From the human T2T-CHM13v2.0 reference genome, Homo sapiens: a stretch of 64,000 nucleotides of DNA. The translations under genes were made by a program, and so were the position numbers. The stretch is taken from the NCBI RefSeq assembly GCF_009914755.1, contig NC_060936.1. One strand, written 5' to 3'. Shown in pieces: positions 30,046 through 43,858 of the stretch (within the stretch, counting starts at the first letter, position 1; each line of letters starts with the position of its first letter). The notes beneath the pieces were generated by a model, which worked only from the letters and a program-made list of their open reading frames with translations, did not search any database and was not told the DNA's origin.

Positions 30046-30209
30046 TTCTCCCACTCTGCTCAGGCCAAAATCATCAGCTGTATCACCGAATATTATGTAG
30101 TAGAAAGGAGATGCGCACAGAGATTTAATTAATTTGTACAATTTGAAATTTTGATATGATGCTCTTTTACTAGAAACAACTTACAAATTCAAAGAGTTTC
30201 CATCTGTCT

Positions 30210-30360
30210 GATCTTATTTTATCCTCATGGCATGCAGGTGAAGTACATAAGACGAACATCTTCATCCCATTACACAGGTGGGGAAACTGAGTCTCAAGAA
30301 AGCTATCTCACTTGTCCAAGGCCACACAAGTTAATGGTGGTGCTAGAACAAGACTCTCTT
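30210..30360 (-). mobile_element. MIR
   Basis: atcccattacacaggtggggaaactgagtctca...cttgtccaaggccacaca. Confidence 0.75.
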
Positions 30361-30411
30361 GGCCCTACACGATGCTGAAGAAGTCACACAGAATATTACA
30401 AAAATAAACCT

Positions 30412-30941
30412 TGTGAAAGAGAAAAGCAGCAGCCCCTGACATCCAATAGGTGGTCTGGTCCTCTTAGCAAGGCCATACTGTTCTCTGTTGAACAATTTCA
30501 CAGAATGTCATCAGACAAGGCCACTCTGTGACTGTGATGGATCAAGACAAAACAAGACCATTCCCTAATCACGTCTAAACACAGACAAAATATGAATATT
30601 GTCCAAGCCACAAAAATGACTAAATATCCCTCTCCCCCAACTAATATGAGTGACTGTTGCTTCCTTAGAAGCCTGTCCTCCCTATAGGTAAAATTTATTA
30701 AGATACCAATTATAGAATTCCTCTTCCTGACAACATTCTCTCCACAGCAAAGCCTCACTTCCTTAAATCCTCCCCAAATCACCTTACACAAACACAAATC
30801 CTCTAGTAAGTTCTTTCTAACATGCTCTGAGATGCCCCACAGCTCCTCATGGCATGTTCCTTTCTCACTGCATAAGTAATAAACCCAACTTGTTCAACTA
30901 CCCATGTGTTCCTGATGGTCTTTGGGTGGAGGCCATTGACA
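30412..30941 (+). mobile_element. Solo LTR (MER77/MER21-like)
   Basis: TG...CA termini, ~530 bp, catcagacaaggccactctgtgac...gatcaagacaaaacaagacca, AATAAA near the 3' end. Confidence 0.75.
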
Positions 30942-31937
30942 AGCTTATAGTAAGAACCAAAGAAGCCATGATTCACACTTTGCTTTTTAAACCTGGTTAC
31001 TGACAGCATTTTCCTAAATCATACAAAAGTAAGAACCCAACAATCCTGGGGCAGCCATGTGAAAACCAACAAGAGAAGAGCCCACCCAGTGCGCTAAAAT
31101 TGAATTATAAATAGGAGATCCAATTAATCGAATAAACCTACCTCTACGTTTAGAGACATTTTGATATGTTAAAGGTTTCATTGGGCCAATTACCTGATAC
31201 TTCACAGCTTTATTTCTATCGTAAGCCTGGCAGTCAGACAGAGAAGGGGGTCAAACAGGGTTGAATGAGGTACATAAATTCTGATTGGTTTCACCTCCCC
31301 CATGTCAATATCCTCACAAATCCTAAAGCTATGTATCAATGCAAAGATACTGGCCATGTTAATTAAACATTCCAATTCTTTCTGTCAAAGGGTAAAATTT
31401 TGAATGATGGAGTAATAATACCTACCAATTTCAAAAGGAATTGCTAAACTCCTAAGAAAATTGAATTACAGACCGTATCTAGATTACGCCAAAATATCTA
31501 GTTAAATTGCTCTTTAAAACTTTTTAAAAATCTAGCCCAACATCCAGAGATTTTGTCTGCATCACATCAAATTGTCCTGAATTTCTGAATTTTTGATTGA
31601 ATAAAGAAGCCATGTTGTCACCATGAAGCTTTCTTCTTTACAGAAGAAAAAAGGGTAAATAAAACTAAACCTAGACCCACCATATCTCTCAGATGCCAGC
31701 TGCCTTTAGCACTCCACCAACAATGGCCTCCAAGTTGCAGAACTCTTCCCAAGCACCCATAATTGAACATCTTCTCATAATCTAAGCCATATCATCTTTT
31801 ACCTGTGACCCATAGGCTCTACTCAGAAAATCTCTCTGAGCCCCTAGTCTTCAAATTTGCTATTAAAATTCCAATCTATCCATATAAAATAATAACAATA
31901 TGCTGAGATTTGTTGGAGAAAAGCCAGTTCTACTCAC

Positions 31938-31982
31938 CACATTTTTTCCTTCATTTTGGGCATCTCGATAATCAGGATTAAG
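31938..31982 (-). CDS. ITPR2: ITPR2 exon 10 (45 nt): LNPDYRDAQNEGKNV
   Basis: Pyrimidine tract and AG at 31984-31983, GTGAGT donor from 31937. Positionally equivalent to the 15-aa SI segment of ITPR1. Confidence 0.95.
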
Positions 31983-33859
31983 CTAGAAAAACAAAGGAAA
32001 ATTTAGTTTTTCATTGCTATGAAAAGCACACTAACAAGACCATTGATCTTCAATTCAATTAATTATTCTATCCTCAACTAAGTTTAATATAAAAAGATGC
32101 TAAGAAAGAAACTATTAGTAAATATGACAATTTAAAATACTACCATCAAACCCTAGTTGCAGGAGACAAAAGCTGACATGCCAAGTTCATTGCCTTGGTT
32201 TATATCAGAACTGTTGACATCTTTGAAGAAGTAAGAATTGACAATATCACCTCCTCTGGAAAAATATTCAATAGAGTTCACCATTTTACCCTCTGCAAAA
32301 ACTGCCATTTACCAATAACTCAGACACAAATTAAACAAAAAAAACCAGTGGGACATTGATGATTTGAGATCATGTTTTACATGTTATGTACACAAGGAAA
32401 AGAAAAACAAAACAGAGCAAAAAAGGAGCTACATATAAGATATGTGAGCAAATACATGAGGACTACTGAAACAAACAAACACATGTCTTCGGGCTTGGAG
32501 AGTGGCATTTTGGGGCCAATCTGATGACAAAGATGAGTTCTGGATGTGCTGAGTACAGACCCTTGCATCATCTGGCTGGTTGAAATCCATGACTCCTCAC
32601 TCCCACTTGTCCTTACAGTCTCAAAGCGATTCTTAGTTGTTCTGAAATAGTTGATCACTCGTAAAGCAATAGATGTATGAGGTGTGTTTCTTGAAACATC
32701 AAGTTGTCCAATTGAATTTAATCATTTTAATGTGAATCAACTGGTGTATACAATGCACAATCCCAGTAAAGTTATCATTTAAAATGTAAGGTTAGGAGTC
32801 TTTCTCATAATACCACTTATCTAGCAGCTCTGAGAATTGCCCCTTCCAACTCATCACTAAATACCAATGAGGGTTCTGAAAAAAACAAAAGCAAAGCAAA
32901 ATGAAAGCAAAAAAAATCCCAATCTCATTAAGAACTAAGGCTGAAAAAACAACCTAAATTCCAAATCTTCAATGAACTGATGCTAATTATAAAGTAGATA
33001 GTTCTTGGGGACAGGCAGGTAATGACCCAGTTTTTATCATGTGGCAAACTTCAACGTCTCTTTAAGCTAGTGGCCACGTAAACAAAGATAAGAAGATAGT
33101 GAGTCAGTTTGAACGCTGACGTAGAAACCCAGAGAATTTACCGACCAAAAACCTATAGAGAAGAGTTTCTCTATCACTGGCAAGCTGCCATGAAATTACG
33201 CAGAAAACTGCTTCCCTAGTCTGCTACCTGTCTCTGACTTTACATGACCAAACAGATGCTCAGAAAACAAGTGGGCAGAAAGTGGAGGGAAAAGATGATG
33301 GCCAAGGCCTTTCTGAGAAGCATGGTGTGAAGAGAGAAAAGGAATGCCGTATGCTGGAATGACATTGCATGATGATGCAGAAATAGCAAAGGGGTAGGAC
33401 ACAGAAGCAACTGCCTTAGTTAAACCCAGGTGTGTAGAGTCCATAGAATCCATAGAGTCGATGTCTGCTCAAATCTGGGAACTGCGCTGCAAATGCACCC
33501 ATCAGCCAGCCCTGCAGCTGAACATTTAGAAAGAGGACTGAATTTTCATACTAGAGAATTTAAAAATTGAACAAAAGGACAATCCACTCAACCCTCTGGT
33601 TCTGCACAGAGCTCACTCATCTGAGGATAACAAGGAAAGAACAAAGGAAGGAAAAAAGAAAATAGGACTGATGGAACACTGAGTTAGAACAAGGGAGATT
33701 CCTTCTCAGAGTCTTTCTCAACATTTCCTATGATATGATGCAAAATGAATTTTCAGGAAATGGTTTGGCATTCTCAGGAAAGTACAAGTAAACATGACCT
33801 CTACATAAAGGCAACGAAATAACATAAAGAGCTAAAATGATAGTATAGAAACAATATGT

Positions 33860-34170
33860 GGCCGGGTGTGGTGGCTCATGCATTTAATCCCAGCACTTTG
33901 GGAGGCCAAGGTGGGTGGATCACCTAAGATCAGGAGTTCGAGATCATCCTGGCCAACATGGTAAGACCCCGTCTCTACCAAAAATTCAAAAATTAGCTGG
34001 GCATGGTGGCACGCACTTGTAATTCCAGCTACTTGGGAAGCTGAGCATGAGACTTGCTTGAACCCAGGAGGCAGAGGTTGCAGTGACTGCACTCCAGCCT
34101 GGATGACGAAGTGAGACTCTGTCTCAAAATAATTATAATAATAATAATATATAAATACTAAAATAACAAT
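33860..34170 (+). mobile_element. Alu (AluS-like) within an old L1M/HAL1-like region
   Basis: Dimeric Alu with a small right-arm deletion and AT-rich tail. Confidence 0.9.
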
Positions 34171-34659
34171 ATAAATAATACAATATAAGAGAAGTTATGG
34201 AATTTCTTCATATTTCAATATACATGAAAACATAAATACAAAATTAAAGTCCACATTAGCACCAACAGCACAGTTACAGAAAATCAGCAATGCAGAGGAT
34301 GAGCAGCTTAGCAGCTATCCCTCCATACAGAAGGAAGGTATCCAGAAATGATAATTAGAAAAAGAAAATGGTCACAGACAACCAGAGAAGAGACAACCAA
34401 CTAATGAGGGACCAGAGCTCTCAAATGGAAGAGAGAATAAGTGGAACACAAGCAATAATCAAAGATAATAGAAGATAAAATTTTCCTCAGCTGAAGAAAG
34501 AATTGTGTATGCAGAGGTTACTCTATCCATTGAAATCAACCACAAAAGATTGACACATTCATTTGAAGATGATAAGGGGAAAAGGCAGAGAAAACAGTGG
34601 TAGGGGTGTAAAACAGAGCCAGAAATTAGGCTAAGATTTTAAAAGCATGTCATGTAAGA

Positions 34660-34910
34660 GAAGAATGATAAACTAAATGTGGCATATTCAAACAATGGAG
34701 TACTACTCGGCAATGAACATGACGAGCTTCTCATGCAAGCGACAACCAAGAATGAATCTCAAAGACATTAAGTGGATGAAGGCACACACAAAACACAATG
34801 TACTGCATGATTCCATTTAAATGAAATAAACGAACAAACAAAACTACATTATGGTGAAACAAATCAGAAAATGAGTAGGAGTGTGAGGGAAGGGAGTATG
34901 GATGGAAAGC
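34660..34910 (+). mobile_element. Old L1M 3' fragment
   Basis: aaatgtggcatattcaaacaatggagtactactcggcaatg...atgaatctcaaagacatt...tactgcatgattccattta. Confidence 0.75.
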
Positions 34911-36289
34911 ATTACCCAGACCAAGAGTTTCATGACAGCAGTCTTTCAGTTTTCAGAACTGACACACAAGGAGGGTAAGAAGATACAGGTCACCTGTTAA
35001 TGCTGGGACAGCCACTGAGGGGACTTGAGGCTGGCCTTTGTCTACAGAGACCCAGACTTTCCCTCAGATTCCTTAAGTTCCCTTGAATTATGAGTAACAG
35101 AATTAGTTTCAAAACGGGATTTAATCCTGCTTTTAGAATCCAAGAGTGAAAGGTAGAGAGCAAAGAGTGAGTTAACTGGCCTCCTTTCTTCTGATTAAAG
35201 AAACACATTTTCACTTGTTAGTAAAGAAAATTCTAGCACGGTGTCCAGAAGAAATTTATTCATCTATTTTAGTCAAGTTTCACCATAGCTTTTTTAAAAA
35301 TTTATTTGTCTTCTGCTTGAAAAATTTCAACTTTTCTTTTAAATTAAAAAAAATCCATCCTAAAATTTTAGCTAAATTATATCCAAATGATATGCAACAT
35401 GTTCGACCAAGGATGTACCTTATGGCCCAAGTTTTCACTCAATACACATTAGAATGGTTATTACAGACACTTGAAATTCAATGCTGGAAACCATGACATA
35501 TCCCCCACTAAAACATGCACAAAAACAGGAATTAATGTACCTAAGTCAAACACAAAATAAAATAATTTATGCCCTCTGAAACTTAGATCATATATTCTAC
35601 CCCAAAGACAATGTTACCTTCTACAATCAGTCTTTACGTATTTCCCCTGCTTAGGATTACCCGTCCCTGACTGGCTGTCTGGGGAAGTGGATTCCAGTCT
35701 CTGCTCTATAAGGAAACACCAGCATCTTTAGGAAAGGTGGCCTAATGCCCATGGAACTCAGTGTCCTCATCTGCAAAATGAGAAAAAGACTATGACTAAA
35801 CCATGACTCTATGTCAATAAATTTTACATATTCATATCTTTGGCAGCAAAACTACAGATGGTGCCAATCAGTTAGATTTTGCCTCATCTGTGTCTCTCAG
35901 GCTGCAATATGATTTTTTAAATAATTAACATAGAGAGATTACCTCAGTAAACTCAATAAAGTATAATAATAACAATAATGATGTGGAAGAAAAGGAAGAG
36001 GAGAAGGGAAAGAAGGACAAAAAGCCACCCAAATAAATCCAGGGCCATATAAATTTACCAACGTTAACTATTAAAGGCCAAATAAATATATGCTTTAAAT
36101 TATACTGCTGTTTCCCATCTCTAAATTGAATAATAGCAGTAATTCTTAAAGTAAGAGAGTAAAAATGAATAGAAAAAAATTATTTTTTAAAGAAGGAGGA
36201 AAAAGACATGGTCATATGGAGGTCTTTTAGGACTTAATGTCTTTATGTTAAAAAAATAAATTATAAATCTGGCATTGGAGAGCTAATAT

Positions 36290-37270
36290 GCCATTCAATC
36301 ATTTATTCAATAAATATTAATAGAGCATCTATAATGGGCAAAGCATTGCGGCATATGGTATTTTAGCAAAGACAAAGAGAATATGGTCCCTGACCATAAG
36401 ACATTACAACCTAGGAGGGAAAATAAGACATAAATACAGTCAGCTGAAATACAAAATAAAATGTGACAAGGGACATAAGACAGGAATGAATAATTTATAA
36501 ATAATATAGGTCAGAGGAAGGAGGGATCTGTGGTGGGCAAATTTATTCACAAATTATTCATGGAGAAGGTAGCATTTGAGATAAGCCTTGAAGGATGGGT
36601 AGAATTTTAACTGGCAGGGCAGGAACCAGGGAGTGAAGAAGGCAGCAAGGCTGGAGGGGCCACTGCCACATGGGTGAGAAAAATGAGACTTCTTTAAAGA
36701 AGACCCACCAGTGTCACTTACGAAATACTTTTTTATATGCTTTTACAGGTTAATTCATTTAACCTTACAATTATACTATAAGACAAGATTCTTAACACAG
36801 TTTACAGACAAGGCACTTGGAGTACATCAACTGAAGTGCTTTATGCAAAGTCACACCGCTGGGGAGTGGCAGGGTGGGCAAGCACAGGTCTGAGGGCTCC
36901 AGAGCCACGTCTTTCAGTTCCTGTAGCACGCTGCTTCCCTCCTGCCTCCATAAAGCAGAGTGGTGTGATGCAAGCTGGGAAGGAGGGTCAGCCCAGACCA
37001 TCCAGGCCTTTAAACCGCAGGCTAGAGAGTTTGCATCCATATTCAGATGATGCAAGGGGACAGAGGATGAAAAAGGGAAAGTAACTAAGGGCAGTGGTCC
37101 CAGGAAGAGGTGGGTGGACCCAAATGAAGATAATAATGCTGGAATAAAAAGGACAAAGTGGATGTGAAAGATTTTGCAGAGACAGAATCAGTAGAATCTG
37201 AATGTGTAAACTGAGAGAGAAAACCGTTTATCATGACTCTCAAGTCTTTAACTATGAACTAAGAAAAATC
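36290..37270 (-). mobile_element. L2 with nested MIR (~36700-36940)
   Basis: cattcaatcatttattcaataaatatt...ggtccctgacc...gcatttgagataagccttgaaggatgggtaga; MIR cagtttacagacaaggcac...aagtcacac. Confidence 0.7.
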
Positions 37271-38130
37271 ACTATTTTGCAAGGAAACAATTAAATTTTA
37301 GATAAATTTATTGATTTTGTACGGCAATGGCATATCCAAGATCAAAGGAAGGGTCCACTGCAGCCATGGCAGTGAGTAACAGAGAGAGAATACAGAGACC
37401 CATTACTAATCTTTGAAGACAGTCTTCAATTAACTGGCCAAAGAAGAATATAAAGAAGTCAGGTGTGGTGCAAAATGATAGACAGAGAGAAACATCATAA
37501 ATACCTGGGCAGTGAAAGTCATGATTGTACCGCAATCAATTAAAAAACAACTGCACCCCTCCATCTAACACAATAGCAAGAAGCAGACCGTAAGTTTTTA
37601 AGTCCATAATACCTACTTATTTTCTTAAAAGAGAAGCTTTACTTTTTTTTACAATGAAATGTGTTTTGATCAATTTTTATTATATATAACACTGAAATCA
37701 TAAACATCATGTGTGTATTTTTAAATAATTATATTTATATGTTTCTCTTTCCAACGACTGGCATTTCAGGACAAATCTATTATTCTGATTGATAAGCCTA
37801 GAAAAGAAAGGAGAGAAAATAACCTTTACTGGGTGTATATGTGTGTCAGGTACAATTTCTATATTTTGATATGTAACATTTTATTCTTATGTATAGGGTC
37901 TGGTCTGTATGTTAGTCTGCTGTATTTATGTATACATATACATGCATACAAACCAGGCCCTTTTCACATACTATGGCTGATACATTTGAGAGAGAACTAA
38001 ACATAGAGACATTTAAAACTACAGCCCCAATAGTCATAAAATCCTATGCTATTATAGAGTTTCTTGAGTACTGGGTTTTTAGCTAATTAATTAAATCCAC
38101 AGGCTATTGAATAGTCAGGAAATAAGTGTT

Positions 38131-38150
38131 TACTGCCATCTGGTGGAAGT
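38131..38150 (-). promoter_or_regulatory. CTCF motif (reverse orientation) ACTTCCACCAGATGGCAGTA
   Basis: Matches the CTCF core CCASYAGRKGGCRS; binding not shown. Confidence 0.65.
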
Positions 38151-38321
38151 TTTGCCTATCTACAAACAAATAAGCTAGTGATCTTTAAAAGGGCTTTTAT
38201 TCCAATCTTGAATAAATGACATTATTATGCAGTACTTGATCTATATTGCTTTGGAAAGATCATCAAAAGTTTTTGCTTTAGTAAGATCCAAAGAAAGAAA
38301 ATGCAGAAAGCATCAGATCAT
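38134..38321. repeat. Donor segment of a local duplication (38134-38284 copied inverted, 38289-38321 copied direct, to 42184-42361)
   Basis: Manual alignment: ~16 differences in 151 bp for the inverted part; the first 41 bp are identical. Confidence 0.92.
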
Positions 38322-38707
38322 AAACTGTGAAGGCTGATTTATAATTCTTCCCACAACTGTGGAAGACCCATTTACTGAGGTCCCCATATTTTCCTATGCA
38401 AAATATGGTAAAATTACTTTCTCCCTCACAGACATAGTTGTGAACTTACCTGAACCACTACAATAATAATACAAGTAAAATATCTATGACAAAGTGTCGA
38501 TGAGTGTGTGGACAGCTGTGTCAAAAATATCAGTGTATATTTACCTTCCCCTCATGCCACCTAACTACATATATGCCCCACAGAAACCAACATTGCAAGA
38601 GAAAGGGTCTAATAATATGCTCTGTATTACTTCATGAGATCAAAAATCTTTATCTTGTTCATAATTACTTTGTTCCACATTTTATCCATAGGTTTCTAGC
38701 ATTGAGG

Positions 38708-39049
38708 TTTTTGGTTTGGTTTGGTTTTTGGGGGCGGGGGGGGGGGTTGGTGTTTTTTTTTTCTTTTTTTTTTTTCTCCTTGTATTTTGAGACAGACTCT
38801 CACTCTGTCGCCCAGGCTGTAGTGCAGTGGTGCGATCTCGGCTCACTGCAACCTCCACCTCCTGGGTTCAAGTGATTCTCCTGCCTCAGCCTCCTGAGTA
38901 GCTGGGGCTACAGGCGTGTGCCACCATGCCCGGTTTATTTTTGTATTTTTAGTAGAGAGGGGGGTTTCACCATATTGGCCAGGCTAGTCTTGAACTCCTG
39001 ACCTCAAGTGATCTGCCCACCTTGGCCTCCCAAAGTGCTGGGATTACAG
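38708..39049 (-). mobile_element. Alu (AluSx-like), slightly 5'-truncated, with an unusual tail
   Basis: TSD tctagca(t/c)tgag at 38695-38706 and 39050-39061. Confidence 0.9.
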
Positions 39050-39772
39050 TCTAGCACTGAGTTATTTCTTTAAAATTAATCCGAATCCCTAAACTATCCT
39101 GTTGGATATCTTTACATTGAATAAGGGACCATTTCTAACCCTTGGTTAGCTTTACTATCTTGCAGGATAAAACTTAAACCGTGTTAAATCTTGTATCATT
39201 ATCCTAGTTCCTAGGTGTTTTCCGCAATTCACCAAAAAAAAGATGCTATTCTTAAATAGCTTGCAACATATGTGTTTTCTCTATGTGATTCAACTACGGA
39301 ATTTCCAGCATATCAAATGGTCTGATTTCCTTTGGATAGTGCCCCCTTCACTTCCACATAAATAATTAGGCTTATTACATTTTTCTGAATACCTAAACAA
39401 TCCAGTTAAGTGCTGGTTAAAATAGAGTATCATACTTGGGCACTGTATCTATAAGTAAATTTTAGATCTTCTTATCTAATTTGTGCTTAGATTTAAGGTT
39501 GCAGTCCTTTAAACTTACTGTGAGACTTAGCATGGTCACCTACAGATGTTAACAATTAGACATTACATAGAACCATTTCTCTCAGATGTGCATGTATAGT
39601 GGAAACAATGGCAAAAGAGATCTCAATGTCCCAGAGATTGAGTTAATCTAAATTGCAAACTCTTAGAGGACAAGGACCATGTGTTAATCATCTCTGTTTT
39701 CTTCACAATGTCAAAGTAGTACTTCTACCTAGTAGGCATTCAATAAATGTATACTTTCAGTATAATACAGAT

Positions 39773-39970
39773 CAGAGTTTCTCAACCCTTAGCATTACTG
39801 GTATCTTGAACCCGATAATTCTTTGTTGGGAGGGGCTGTCCTGTGTATAGTAGGATGTTTAGCTACATCCCATTCCCTAACTGTGACAATAAATAGCAGC
39901 TCCCATTCCCCAACTGTGAAAATAAAAATGTCTCTAGACATTGCCATCGTTACCCTCAGTTGAAAGCATT
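39773..39970 (-). mobile_element. MER20
   Basis: gtttctcaacc...gataattctttgttgggaggggctgtcctgtgtatagtaggatgtttagc...aaaaatgtctctagacattgcca. Confidence 0.85.
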
Positions 39971-40094
39971 CATTCCTAATACTTTCATTATATCGGTTTT
40001 TTGATTTTAACAAAATAAATCACCTCTGTGAGCCTGGATTTCTTTTTCTGTAAACTAAAATTATTGGATTTATAACAACAGTCATAGTCCCTGT

Positions 40095-40330
40095 GATTCA
40101 TTCATTCAATCATCCAACAGTTACTGAAGGCAAATTAAGTGTCAGGCACTCTTCTAGGCACAAGGCATCCAGCAATGAGCAAAACAGATACAGGCCTTTC
40201 ATTGCAGGGAACAAAATAGCCATTGAATAGATATACACAATACATACAACAGGTAACAAACAAATGCATAGCTAACTGTGAACTGTGATAAGCCCAAAGA
40301 AATGCTATAAACATTTCCTCCCTAAGTGGG
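40095..40330 (-). mobile_element. L2 3' end
   Basis: attcattcattcaatcatccaaca...gtgtcaggcactcttctaggcac...agcaatgagcaaaacaga. Confidence 0.75.
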
Positions 40331-41459
40331 GGATTTCTGAAATATCTCAACAGGTTTATGGAGAGTAACTGTGGCATTATCCAGAATCAAAGGCTTTTAA
40401 AATTCTAAAATGCTCAATGAACTCTAACTGCGCTATATTATTTAAAAGACCACAATTTAAGTTGCTACACAATAGCGTGAGTTAAACTCAAATGTATAGA
40501 CCATAAAAAAACTATTTCAAGTTATTCAAAAGAAACTTCATTTCTGCTTTAGAAAAATTTATCTAAAGAATTCAGAGAAATAAAAGCAATATATGTTAAA
40601 ATATTCTAATAATCCAGGTCATGGATAGTCTTTTCAGCTGTTCTCCTAGATAAGCACTCAGCATACTTTGCCCAGTTGATTAAGAGTAATGTCACCCAAA
40701 ATGTCTATTTATAAATCACGGAAGTGACTGGCTGGCTGTGTGTTATACCTGACATAGGAACTGCACAACAGATCATGAGATATTATTGGAAGGATTTTCA
40801 GTGGCTCCATGAGGCAGTGTTTCCTATGTCAAAGCATTGTAGTAATCTTTTCCAGATAAACATATTAAATAACTAAACTTTGCCCCTATATACTTACCCT
40901 CCTTAACTTATCTAAGACATGCTAGTTATTAATAATGATAATAATAAAACACTACTCTGCATTTTCTCTCTGTTTCCTCCCCAAGAAAGCAAACAGACTT
41001 AATATTTATTGCATACCTCTCATGTACAAGGTGCTGTACATCCCCTATCTTCTTTAATTCCAGAATAATACTATATAATATACATTCTTAACTTTTTTTA
41101 CACACAAAGGAACTCAGGTCCAGAGGGGTTAAATATTTGCTTAAAGTCAGACAGATTGTAAACAGTATGCATGGGATTTTTTTCCCACTATGCTAGGCTC
41201 TGTCACACTGGCCAATATAAACACCATAAACTCAAAGGCAATTCAAGAATTACATAATCCAATTTACCAGGAATGCCTACAGCACATGAAAGTAATATTT
41301 TAAATTATAAATATGTCTGTTAAAGTTGGAAAGGTCATGGGAAAAAAGGTTAATACTCTGCAATATCTAGCCGCACTGCTAGGTACTTCCCTTTAATGCA
41401 AAAACAGCAGCATCCTCAACCACCTCATTTTTAAAAATACATTTTATAAAAATCATCTA

Positions 41460-43560
41460 ATAGGGCTCTTAATTTTCCCTGGCCTGCAACTCTGCTTCCC
41501 CTTTTCACAGCAGTGCTATGAAAACTCAGTCTGCACCCACTTCTGCTTCCTGGCTTCCTGGTCATTCCTCCACTCCTGCATTCTGGTTTCCACTAAAAAT
41601 TTTCCCCATAAAGTAACAAATGATTGCATTCTTGCCAGCTGATGTAAGCAGATTTGTTTCTGGCCTGTTTAGTAGCACTTCCTCCTTTGCGAAGTTCTCT
41701 CCTTCCTTGCTTGGTATTTGTAATTCAGCCCATTTGATTTTCCAGGTGCTTCTGGCTTCTCAGGCTCCCAGTCTCTCCCTCATCCTTTAAAGATAATTTC
41801 CTCATGATTCTACCTTCAAACACCCTCCCACTCTCTTTCTACTCCCTAATGATCTTACCTGCGCTCTGAAAACCCAAATCTAACACTGGTCAATCCCCAA
41901 ACTTCCAGACGTTTTGAAATCTTCCCTAGTGGACAATTTCATCCAGACATTTTATAAGCATAATCAAATTTGAATGGATTATTTCCCTCATCAATTTGGC
42001 ACCTCTTCTCATTTTCCCTAATTTGGTGAATGACATCGCTAGTTCTCCAAAGCCAGAATCCTATTCCTTAACCCTTAACACCTGACGGCTTACCACTGCA
42101 TCAGTTCTGTCTCCCAAGAATGCCTTCAACCCTTCCCTTCCTCACCATTACTGAAGCCTCTCCCTTGGTTCAAGTGCTCAAAATTACTAAAGCAAAAACT
42201 GTTGATGACCTTTCCAAAGCAATATAGGTCAAGTAATGCAAAATAATTTTCTTTGTTAAAGATTGTAATATAGCCCTTTTAAAGACAACTACCTTATTTG
42301 TTTGTAGATAGGCAAAACTTCCACCAGATGGCAAAGAAAGAAAATGTAGAAAGCAGATCATTCAGACTCTTATCTGGCCTCACTGCCTCTAGATTCAATT
42401 TCTTCTAGTCACTTCACCAAGGCTCCAGAGCAGTGCTGCCCACCACAACTGTCTCTTTGGAAATGTGCATTATTTCGTGTGGCGTGGCTGTTGAGCAACT
42501 TGAAATGTGGCTGTTGTGAATGAGAAACTGACTTTTTAATTTTATTTTGATAATATTAATTTTAATTTAATAGCCAACATGTGGCTAGAAACTACTATAT
42601 TACACAGTACAACTCTGGAGTGGTCTTCTTTAATCACAAATCTATTTATTATACTCCTCTGTACTTTAAAGATAAAACCCATTCTCCTTGATATATATGG
42701 CCTGAACTGATCAGCTGCACTACACTTCTGGCCCCATCGCTTCCCTCTCACCTTCTAACATTACTTCCTAACTCACAAGTCCTACATATGAAACGAGTTT
42801 GTATGGTGCCACACACCTCCTTCCTTGTGTACAAGCTGCCCTCACTGTCTGAACGCCCTTTCTCCCTCTTCCCCATGTGCCTTACTCATTCATTAAGCAG
42901 CAACCTCTCTGACCCCCTGACCATTTCTTGCACATCCTTGAGACCCCCTGAGAAAAGTGTGGGCCACTATTCATATTGCTATCATAAATGTATCACACTG
43001 TACTGGGATTTTTTTAATGACATCACTGATCTCTACCAAAGGCCTGCTAATAGCTGATCAGTCCCAGCCTCGAGGTAGCTACCAAGTTAAACTTCCTCAA
43101 ACTTCATTCCTATTACAAACTGGATAAAAGTCAAACCCTTCATTCAAAATCTTAAAGCAAGGAGACCTGTCAGTCATTCCTTTCACAACACCTTCCTTGG
43201 GCTGGGCCTCAGTTTTAATATTGTCTATGTATGATTTGGACATTCTGTATCTCTGATGCGCCTTCTTAGCAACTTACACAGGACCGCCCTTTTATTTCTC
43301 TAACAGTCCATGTCTATTATTTTCTTTGAGAACCAGTTTGCCCCAAGCAAGAATCTTCAACTAACCTCACACCAGATTCTCTCACTGGAATATGACCCAA
43401 TTCTACCTGCACATATAATTAGCCCTCCCTGATTGTGCCGCGCTGTCTTCCGAACTAGAAGCTCCATTCTTTGAAGGCAAAGACTGAGTCCTCAGCTTCC
43501 TTTGCCGTACCTGCAGCATTCTACCATGCTGTGCATTTACCAGGCACTGAAGAAACATAT
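41460..43560 (+). mobile_element. Fragmented L2 with nested MER3-like element (~42430-42615) and the duplicated segment
   Basis: CT-rich L2 ORF2/3' text; MER3-like gcagtgctgccc...ttgaaatgtggct...tttaatttaatagccaacatgtggctag. Confidence 0.65.
42184..42361. repeat. Templated copy of 38134-38321 (inverted 42184-42333 + direct 42332-42361), carrying a forward CTCF motif CCACCAGATGGCA at 42321-42333
   Basis: Manual reverse-complement alignment; L2-like sequence on both sides. Confidence 0.92.
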
Positions 43561-43858
43561 ATTGAAGGTTGCATGAAATCTTAAAGACTATGTTTGCAAT
43601 TTTATGAATTCCAAAAATAATCATTCCCAATTCTTGCATTCCCCACATCCCAATATGTGTCTTTTTAAAAATAATATCTAGATATTAAAGAGAAAACTGA
43701 ACAAGTAAAATAAATCTGTGCCATGGAGCCTCTATCGCCTAAGAATAAGGGTACAGGGTAATAAAACAAATAATTCTAGGAGGTTGTCACTCAAAATATA
43801 GAGAACCCCCGTCCTACTTGAACGACATGACTAATGCTTTGAAATAAAAAACCTGGGC

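Noticed and set aside
32377-32700. Possible cryptic exon with a GTAAGG donor near 32615, upstream of exon 10
   Set aside because: No convincing acceptor or IP3R-like coding content could be paired with it.
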